Source: Octopus sinensis
Lineage: Eukaryota
Direction of reading: 5' to 3'
Length of the DNA stretch: 64,000 nucleotides
NCBI RefSeq assembly: GCF_006345805.1
Contig: NC_043015.1
Span: 40,982,001-41,046,000, forward strand
Numbering within the stretch: position 1 is the stretch's first letter; each line of letters opens with the position of its first letter. The translations under genes and the position numbers were made by a program. Positions 13,791-24,039 of this stretch are shown in pieces. Under the pieces are notes generated by a model that saw only the letters and a program-made list of their open reading frames with translations, was not told where the DNA came from and ran no database searches.

Positions 13791-14713
13791 TGACAGAAAT
13801 GGTTAAAGAATCGTCATATTCAGTGGCACTGCCGTATTAGATGCACCTCAATTTCAGCAGCACATATTCAAGAAGAATGAGTGTCGGGGACAAAATTAGC
13901 CAATGGGATGTCCCCTTTCACATATAGGACCCAGAATGATCTTTTGAGACATTTTTGGAGGGAAAAAAGTCTTGTCTCATCTACCGTCAAATGTGATGTT
14001 CAAAATTCTTTGTTTGTATTTCTGTTGGAGACTTTTTGCCTTGTATTTGTCTGGAAGATCTTTAAATTAAATACCAGTGATTACCTTGGGCTTGATTCAG
14101 TTGACTCTCCTATCAACTCCCGTAAACATATGGCACAAACCCAGGTGGTGGAACAGTCAAGAAACCATTAAGATTCTTGTGGTGGAACGATAGAATTGGG
14201 AGGATGGCCGTAGCATGGGCATGTCCTTCACCTTGTGGAACGGATGTTCTGATGGAGTGCAGTGTGTGGTACTGATCCCACTCTTTGTACTCACGCTTCA
14301 TCTACCGTAACCCAACCAACTGCATTGGAGACAGTAAGGTCCTCATGTTGTTGCTGTTGCTAAAGTATTTTCTCTCCTGAATGGATGACCTGACATGACC
14401 TCCATTTACCAGAGTTTCAAATCAAGGTTGTCCTTCTCTTTGGTTACCAACTAAAGCTGACAAGCCCCAGCCTGTCCACCAGGTTATACTGCTGGTTACT
14501 CAACCATGACAAACCTAAATGCCATGAAAACAGGGATACTGATGACAAAGTGTTGCTGTGAATATAATGTTAGAAAAGGACCATTTCTAGCGAGTTCCTG
14601 TCTTTGAAACCAGACAGTGGAATTGTTAAGGTTCTCCTATAAATGCTTTGTGGCTGTTGTTAGCACATTCCAGTAAATAACTCATAGGGATTATTATTAT
14701 TATTATTATTATT

Positions 14714-15050
14714 AAGGTGGCAAACTGGCAGAGTTGTGAAAATGCCAGACAAAATGCTTAGCAGTATTTCGTCTGTCTTTGTGTTCTGTGGTCAAATTCC
14801 ACCAAGGTTGGCTTTGCCATTTGTCTTTTCAGGGTCAATAAAATAAGGCACCTGTTGAACACTGGGGTTCGTGTAATTGACTTACCTCCCTCCCCCGAAA
14901 TTGCTGGCCTTGTGCCAAAATTTGAAACCATTATTATTATAAGCTTTAGTATTATATTTATGGACTGCCATATTAGTTTGGCGATAACTATTAATATCTA
15001 GTAACGCTGCCGTAATCTCCTTTAGAGAGACTTAGTAATTTTAATATTTC

Positions 15051-15095
<45 letters not shown>

Positions 15096-15310
15096 AGCGG
15101 TGACTTGGCAGAAATGTTTGCAGGCCGAACGAAATACTTAGCAGTAATTCATCTGCCTTTACGTTCTGAGTTCAAATTCCGCCGAGGTCGACATTACCTT
15201 TCATCCTTTCAGGGATCGACAAATTAAGTACCAGGATGCATACTGGGGTTGATCTAATCGACTGGGTGCCCTTCCCAAAAATTTCAGGCTTTGTGCCTAG
15301 AGGACAAAAG
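14714..15310 (+). mobile_element. Two SINE-A copies in (ATT)n tracts
   Basis: 14714-14930 and 15094-15310. Confidence 0.8.
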
Positions 15311-15348
15311 ATTATTATTATTAATAATAATAATAATTTTTTCTCCTC

Positions 15349-15414
<66 letters not shown>

Positions 15415-16314
15415 AGAGGAGTGATAGAATTGGTAGAATGCAGTAACAAATGCCAAATCTACTGGAGTTCAATTTCCACCAAAATCCAATTTACCATTTA
15501 TCTTTTGGTTTCAAGAAACTAGGCACCAAAGTAACAAACTGGCTTTAGAACAATCAACTTTGCCATTCCTTTATAATTACCTCCTTGTGACAATGTAAGA
15601 AAGCACCATATTACCATTGTCATTATTATTATTATTTTTATATTTTCTAGAGATTAAAAAAACCTTAATGCCAAAGCTTTCATGTCTTCCCATATCTCGT
15701 TAAAACTCCTCGTTATATATTTAATTTATCGCTGCTCTTCATCAACTCTGTCAGGTTTACTGTGCCTTATTCTTCACGCCTCTTCGATATTGCTTGTCTC
15801 AATGCAGTTCCGACTGAACAGATCCGGAGGCCCGGAGACCTCCACTCAGCACTTGAAACTGTTGGTCAAAAGTTCAGACCCTAGTCACAGCCACTGTGCT
15901 GCCTCTCAGTTGCCCGTCTCTATAGGCAAGATGCACAACTCTTCTTTGAGTTTGGCTTGTCTCTAGCTGAATGGAGGCCAAGTGAAACACACACATACAC
16001 ACACACTCAACACGTTTCAAGTGTTTAGTGGTAGGAAAAGTCTATAAAAATAAAAATAAAAATATACAAAACTGAACTTGCTTCAAAGATATTATTGCAA
16101 ATATGTAAATTTGTATAACCATCCAACATAAGCAAGACTAGAATGATATATGTAAATCCATGAATTAAAATAAACTAAAAAAATAAATGTTTATCTCTGA
16201 AGTTGTCTTTATTTCATTTTGTTGGGGCAAAATTGGGTCTGTTGTTGATGTTGTTATTGCTGACGTTGTTAATATCCCTTGATATGTAATTTATTATTAT
16301 TATGCTCTCTCTCT

Positions 16315-16845
16315 CCTCTTGTGAAAGGTAAGAGAGTCCAGTTTGCTGGACATTGTTGTAGAGCTGAAAAAGAGGTAATTTCTACTCTTCCATTCTGGAA
16401 GCCATCTACTCGCAATACCAGAGGGTGCACACTCTCCTACCCTGATGTAATCTCCAGGGATACAGGCATCCAGCAACAGGACCTCCGTAATGCCATGATG
16501 GACCGTGAGGTCTGGCGTAGCATGGTAAATTCCATTGTCTCGACCACGGTCGCGATACCAGAGGGCACACACTCTCCTACCCTGATGTAATCTCCAGGGA
16601 TACAGGCATCCAGCAACAGGACCTCCGTAATGCCATGATGGACCGTGAAGTCTGGCGTAGCATGGTAAATTCCATTGTCTCGACCACGGTCGCGATACCA
16701 GAGGGCACACACTCTCCTACCCTGATGTAATCTCCAGGGATACAGGCATCCAGCAACAGGACCTCTGTAATGCCATGATGGACCGTGAAGTCTGGCGTAG
16801 CATGGTAAATTCCATTGTCTCGACCATGGTCGAACAATGATGAGG
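16315..16845 (+). mobile_element. RTE-type LINE 3' end with its last 140 bp present in three tandem copies
   Basis: RVQFAGHCCRAEKEVIS...LSYPDVISRDTGIQQQDLRNAMMDREVWRSMV matches the RTE ORF C-terminus; units start at 16411, 16551 and 16691; short ATGATGA tail. Confidence 0.8.
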
Positions 16846-17193
16846 ATCTCCTCTTGTTGCCATGTCTTTCTCGGATGTACTGCTGGGTCAAAGTGTGCAA
16901 GTCAAGACGACGGCCATCTTTGCTCTCAACTACATACACCACCACCACCGATACACTACACTGCTACCACCACCACCACCACTACTACTACTACTGACAC
17001 CTATAGTCTTACGCTGCCAACAACCACTATGACTGGCACCTGTACCACCACTGGTACCTCTGCTGTTGCCATAGGTACTACCACTACTACTAATACCTAT
17101 ACTGCTTGGGGGAAGTGAGTCCTCCCATCTGGCACCACATGGAGGTAAGTTTTTCTTTATTGGTTCAGTCTGGAGGACAAGGCTGTACCATGT

Positions 17194-17660
17194 AGCTACA
17201 GCTGGTCGTACTAGGTTAATCGTTTACCTGGCACTAATTGGAGCCAAGAATATTATTGTCAGATAGCTACAGCTGGTCGTACGAGGTTAATCGTTTACCT
17301 GGCACTAATTGGAGCCAAGAATGTTATTGCCAGATAGCTACAGCTGGTCGTACGAGGTTAATCCTTCTACCTGGCACTAATTGGAGCCAAGAATATTGAC
17401 AGATAGCTACAGCTGGTCGTACGAGGTTAATCCTTCTACCTGGCACTAATTGGAGACAAGAATATTATTGTCAGACAGCTACAGCTGGTCGTACGAGGTT
17501 AATCCTTCTACCTGGCACTAATTGGAGCCAAGAATATTGACAGACAGCTACAGCTGGTCGTACGAGGTTAATCCTTCTACCTGGAATTAATTGGAGCCAA
17601 GAATATTACCAGGCAGCTACAGCTGGTCGTATGAGGTTAGTCCTTCCATCTGGTACCACA
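17194..17660. repeat. Minisatellite (VNTR): 69-72-bp unit, six full copies plus one partial
   Basis: Unit agctacagctggtcgtacgaggttaatccttctacctggcactaattggagccaagaatatt..cagat starts at 17194, 17265, 17336, 17405, 17477, 17546 and 17615. Confidence 0.95.
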
Positions 17661-17963
17661 TGGGAGTAAGAGAATTTTAGTTGGAGTGCAAGCCCCTTGT
17701 CCTTCCATGTGGCGCTACATAGAGACAGTGACCTCACGAAGTTGTTTATCAATGAGAAGCATTTCTGCAGAGACAAAGTCGGGTGCAAAGTTTTGCTTTC
17801 GTTTTCTTGAGTTTCCTTTCTTATTACTGCCTTCAAAGAAACCAATAAACATTACATAATTTCAATTTCTTCCTTCTTTCTTCACGACTATCTAAGATGT
17901 TTCTTTGTCAGGAATATAAAATATTAAAGAAGAAGAAAAAACCGTCAAAGACAACAGACACTA

Positions 17964-18051
17964 TGACGTCACGTCTGCTACTCTGACGTCATTGGAACAC
18001 ATTGTTCCAGAGGACATCGACACTGAAGTCTTGGAGAGTGTATCCGTAAGT
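17964..18051 (+). promoter_or_regulatory. Candidate promoter and first non-coding exon: two CRE palindromes, reverse CCAAT box, GTAAGT donor
   Basis: TGACGTCA at 17964-17971 and 17984-17991; ATTGG at 17991-17995; donor GTAAGT at 18046; CpG is locally retained. Confidence 0.55.
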
Positions 18052-19349
18052 AAACTAATTCCATCACCAAAAAGCAGACGTGGCGTGTGATGCGGTGGAG
18101 AGGCCTGCTACTAACATGTCCTTTGTTAGACTATGTAGAGCATATTGTGAACAATAGCGTCGTGATACTTTTCTAGCGCAACAATTTCTGGTTAAGTATT
18201 TTATAATGATGAGAGGGACAGGGAGGTGTGTGCGTTAAATCGACGTAATAAAAAGACAAAAACTATTTTAGCTATCTTTGACTGAAGCGGCGTGAATAAA
18301 GAAATAAAACTGATAATGGGAAATATAATAATATAATGAATATAGTATGGCTCTCCTAAATTACCGAAACAAAGAAGTTAATGTTTCAAAACAAACCATT
18401 CACCATAGTTACCTTTATTTCATTTTATTTAGTTTCTGAAAATTTTCAATAAATACTTGTTTCGAGTGTATTTTTCCCCCAAAGAGTATTTTATTTTCAA
18501 CAATGCTAACTTAATAAGTTAACAGTTTTTAACGATGATGTTGAGAAATTGATAAATAACCTTAGCTATAAATCCATTCTATACACACTAATTTCTCGTG
18601 TAGTCCCCACATTTTAGATATAATGTTAATGAATACGCAAAAGCTTCTTTATCAACCGGATACTTTCATAATTACATTATTTCAAAAATAGAATTTTTTA
18701 AATCATGTTTTATCTAACCTAATCACAAAATTGTGACGCCCTCCTTTATCAGTGAGTCTAAAAATTAATATGATGTGGTATTTTGGAAAGTAAAAATAAC
18801 ACTATAGCCGACAGAAATTAATCAAACCATTTTAATTGGTAGTAATGAATATATCTTCGTGAGACCAGTTGACCAGGAGAGAGGTTATTCATTTAAGGAA
18901 AACCAAACGAAACAGCAAGCAGCCCTTATAGTAAAACAATTGTGCTATCGTCACAAAGAACTTAATTCCTAGAAGCAAGGTAAATTTATATTTATATATA
19001 AATATACATATCCATTTTATCCGCCCATTGTGCTTATACTAGAAGCAAGTATTATTAACAGCAGCAGTGAGGTGACAAACAGTGGTACACCCGACAATCA
19101 AGATGCCTGATTTCAAACCCTATGAATGAGGTCTGTGAAGAGACCTCATTCGTAGGGTCCTATCAGAAGCAACCGTCATAATACTTATCTGTTGGATTTC
19201 CAAGCGTGACCAATGGATATGGATATTATTGAACCATCTGGATATTGGTCGACTGCTAAGGCCTTCGGGGTGATAATTTCCTGTACCCATTCTACCCGCA
19301 TGTTCGTAGTACTGGGGCTGCGACCTCTCGTTGCGGAGAGGGGCTGTGA

Positions 19350-19485
19350 CCGGGAAAAAAGTCACAGTAATAAAGTCACAATTTTGGCTTGGAAAGAAAG
19401 TCACAATTAATTTATGGTATCCGGACAAAACCCCCTCAGACACCCCTCCCTCCTAACAAAACTCCTGTGACTTTTTTTTACCTGG
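19350..19485. mobile_element. Small fold-back MITE-like element with AAAGTCACA subterminal repeats
   Basis: ccgggaaaaaagtcacag ... ctgtgactttttttta cctgg inverted termini; AAAGTCACA occurs three times at the left end. Confidence 0.55.
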
Positions 19486-19546
19486 ACTTGAGAAGGGCAT
19501 ACCTATACAAATGGACCCCGCCGCCGTCCGTCTTCGTTTCCTTTTA

Positions 19547-19973
19547 ACTTCCAGAAAAATGGGTGTTTTTTAATGAAATCTTCTAGAAACACCTTTCAGA
19601 GTATGTAGGTTACAGCTATGTCGGAATTTAATGTGGAAAAGAAAGAGAAACGAAAAAACGAACATGCAGACACGTATTACAATTTGATTAAAATTTCAAC
19701 TTTCATTTTGTATATAAATGGGGTTTGCAAGCCCACCAAATATGAAAACGAAGACAAAAATTGATCGACTTGCACGCATACAAACTCTAATCCTACATAG
19801 CAACAGAATAAAACTCGGAAATTTGATTGATTTGTGTCAATAGGAATGCGTGCGTGTTAGCTATTTTTTTCCTTTATTTTTTTCACAGTTTACATTCCGA
19901 TACAATCATAATCTACACAGTCTGAAAGGTGTTTGTAGAAAATATTATTTAAAAAATACCCGTTTTTCAGGGA
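19547..19973. mobile_element. Degenerate ~60-bp inverted repeats enclosing ~300 bp (DNA transposon relic)
   Basis: 19561-19608 gggtgttttttaatgaaatcttctagaaacacctttcagagtatgtag is the imperfect reverse complement of 19913-19961. Confidence 0.6.
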
Positions 19974-20265
19974 GATACGAATAAACAAAATCGGTGGAGG
20001 GCACGCTTGGGTAGGCAGTGACCCAGAGAAGTAGAGGCTCAAACTAGAGAGGTTCCTTATGACATACTGAAGAGTGAGTTGGTAAAATCTATAAAGCGTC
20101 TGAAGACACGTTTTGCAGCATTTATTCCAATCCTTTACATTCTGATTTCAAATTTAACCGAGATCACCTTTGCCTTTCATTCCTCCGGGAGTCAATGGTG
20201 TCAATTTCTCCCCTTCCTTCAAAAATATTGGCCTTGTGTTCAAACCAAAAGCCATTATTATAGAC

Positions 20266-20408
20266 CCGTGGTTCGCAAAGGGGTCCGTGGACTAAATTCA
20301 AAATGTTACACACACATATACATAAGAGTAAGCATATTAAAAGGGGTCCGTGAGAAAAATCATTTAAATAAAAGGGGTCCTTGGTAGTGAAAATGTTGGG
20401 AACCACTT
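20266..20408. mobile_element. hAT-Charlie-type MITE (143 bp)
   Basis: Ends ccgtggttcgcaaa / gttgggaaccactt resemble CAGTGGTTCCCAA; 8-bp TSD ttatagac / ttatagat. Confidence 0.8.
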
Positions 20409-21606
20409 TTATAGATAATGGGCACTTATCTACAATCAGGAGGGTCTTGGAAAAACCGGAGTTAGGGTAAGCAATAGATTTTGAGACTTAAATGTTGCCA
20501 AAGGGGTGATGTGCTCAGAATGATTTGCTTTCATTTCCATTCCCATGGTTAAACGTCTGTACCTAAAACCAAAGATCGTCTAGAAAGGGAAGACAAAATG
20601 CGTAGCGTGCAAACACCATTTTTGCAGATCATTTTCATAAATTTATGAATTGCATAAAATTAATATCGTTGAATCAATCTAAATAAACAATATTTTTAAT
20701 TTATATCATTAAAACTGAATAACAAAATTTATGCAGCAATAAAATGTGTTTATAAATGTTTTTTCCCCTGTAAATTCTTTTAGTTAACAATCAAGTATCT
20801 AAAATCTGATTAAATTTTAGTAGTTTTAAAAATAGTTTAACAACAATTATAGCGAATCTTTCTAGGGACCCTTATAGTAAATGAGCACTTGCAGTGTTGG
20901 ACTTTTAATTATCTTAGAGCAGTTTACATTAATATTTTATATGCTTTAACCATAATTATCTTTAATTCTTTTGGGACCTTATAAATAATAAGTACACATA
21001 TAACTATAAATTTAAATCGGTCAATATTTATAAACAAATATAATAATTCTAATTGTGATTACCTCTACTTCTAGGGACCCTTATTGTAAATGAGAACCTA
21101 CACAAGATAATCGAGATCTAATTATTGATTTGAATCGATTTATATCTATAATTGTTTTTCCCACTAAAGGACAGAAAACATAAATTAAAAGTATTTTTTC
21201 GAGAATTTGTTGAAAATAACGGAAACCAAATTAGAAGCCAAACTAATTCTTCTTTTTCATATTGTCCGTCTCCATTTTGCCGGTGTTGGACGAAAAATTA
21301 CCCCGTTTATAATCATTCCAGCCAGCTGTCTCCTGTCGGTTAACGGGCTTTGTGCCAAAGCTTAAGAAAAGAAGTGACTATTTTGGAGCATTCGATCTAC
21401 AGAAATATGCTTTCTTGCAACTGGTAATAACCACTTTAATTATTATATTATATTTATTACTATTATTTCCATATGCCAGATCCCAGCAAACTCTCATGTA
21501 CATTCACACACACCTCTATATTGTATCGTTTCGTAAGTTCTGCTATTCAGACAGAACTTCTTTGTGGAGCCAATACATCTCATATCTATTTATTTAGTAA
21601 AAGGAT

Positions 21607-21650
<44 letters not shown>

Positions 21651-22892
21651 AGTCGGTTCATGCGGTTCCATTCTATAAGTAGACAGTTTAAATGCCCGTG
21701 TCACGGGGTCAATGCTTACACGTGTTGCCCAGCGTAATTTCTGGCAGGCTTTCACCAAATTACCGATTTTTCATGTAAATATTACTTAAACCATTTCATT
21801 TTCTTTATTTGCGGTATGTATGTGTGTGTGTGTGAACCGTTTCATTTTCTTAATTTACAGTATGTGTGTGAGTGTGCATGTACCCGGGGTAGTCGTTCAT
21901 TACAGCATGGTTAGAAGAAAGCACACAAAGTTCAAAGTGTGAATTTGTTTTATTAAAAACAAGGAGTCCAACGAAATACATTTTGTTTCGTCCGAAGACT
22001 AATTAAACACACACAAGATGCTATCGAATTGCCAATAACCATCCCGAACTTAATTACAACGAAAGCTTTTAAACTTTTCATAGCAGACAATACAGTACTA
22101 GTTAAAACAACAGTATGTGTCTGTGTGTGTGTTTGTCTTTTAAATGACTATCGTGACTCAATAATTGACAAGTTCTTTTGTTGGTGTATTTGGTGGCGAT
22201 GTTGTAGACTAGTGTAGCGATATTTTGGCAGAGGTGTTGGTGGAATGGCGTGGCTGTTGCCGCAGTATGGTCGTGGTATTATAGTGTACATGGTGTGGTG
22301 ATGTGCTGTTCTGTAGAAAAGTTGTAGTATGGTGAAGGGTGCTGTTGTGTGGCAGCGTTATGGTATGGGTTGGTGTTTAGTTGTGTAGCAGTGTTGTTGC
22401 GGTGTGTAGTGTGTTCTCGTGTGGTAAGGTTTGCAGTAGTAGTGGTAAACATTATGCTAATTAACCTACCCGTTGCAGCTATGTTGTAGTTTGTCATTTA
22501 TCTAAATGCTGCTTCGTCATAAACTTATTTTGTAAGCAGTGGAATGAGAGAGGTGGACATTACGTATCTGATGAGAGATCAATGAACTTTGTCACGTGTC
22601 AGGGCGATCTCCTTTGTTTTTATGCGAACAAAGAAAGTAGCAAGACGTATTGACGTCTGTTTAAAGTTTCACAAAAAAGGGATTTAAAAACATTGGTTAA
22701 TCCTTTCGATGCTAAACTGCCAAAGCACTTCTTAGTTCTACAATACAAAATTCATTTTCAAGTAGGGTATTTTGGAAGCAATAAGGTAAAACAAGGGTTA
22801 ACTTTAATACAATATATCTTAAATTTTCTAACACGTATTGTATTATGCACAAGTATTTATTGATTTATTATTATATTATTATTATTATTATT

Positions 22893-23580
<688 letters not shown>

Positions 23581-23950
23581 TACTAGGTAAAGCAGTGAGC
23601 TGGCAGAACCATTCCTGTGCTGGAGAAATTGCTTTGTAGCATTTCTTCCAGGTTTGCATTCTGTGTTCAAATGCCACAGGGGTTAACCTTGCCCTTATCC
23701 TTTCAGGATTGGTAAAATAAAGTACCAGTTAAATATCAGGCTCAATTTAGTTTGACTGCCCATACTTTCAAACCTTGCACCTATTAGTAGAACACGTTGT
23801 TGTTGTTGTTGTTATCTTCTTTGTATTTTGTTGGTTTGTTGACAGCTAACTGAAGGATTTGATATCCGTGTTGGAAAAGCTAATTACCAAAAGTCTGTGA
23901 CTCAATCTCTACACCACAGCTGCCATCGTTGCATCCAAGACAACAGAAAA

Positions 23951-24039
23951 ATGCCAGCCAATGAAAAATATCTGGAATCTTCGGTCGATGTTCCTCCTTG
24001 CCCAGTGATTAAATCCCTCAATGACTTGAGAGATTATCG
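23951..24039 (+). CDS. NRDC: NRDC coding exon 1 (exon acceptor at 23845; ATG at 23951)
   Basis: MPANEKYLESSVDVPPCPVIKSLNDLRDY(R); AAAATG context; donor CG|GTAAAT; IKSxND.R.YR matches the M16A N-terminus. Confidence 0.88.

Noticed and set aside
15780-15860. Selenoprotein-like C-U motif on the minus strand (FKC-TGA-VEVSG)
   Set aside because: It matches no selenoprotein family motif I know, no SECIS is evident, and there are other stops nearby.
17194-17660. CRISPR-like array (also considered for 16411-16832 and 54941-55105)
   Set aside because: The units are contiguous tandem repeats with no unique spacers, there are no cas genes, and the context is eukaryotic.
17606-17855. Minus-strand first exon of a divergent gene (MFIGFFEG...RKRKQNF..., ORF 17606-17845)
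   Set aside because: The listed ORF starts at TTG and runs into the VNTR; the RKRKQNF resemblance to Myb/SANT-like proteins does not extend; I could not chain convincing downstream exons.
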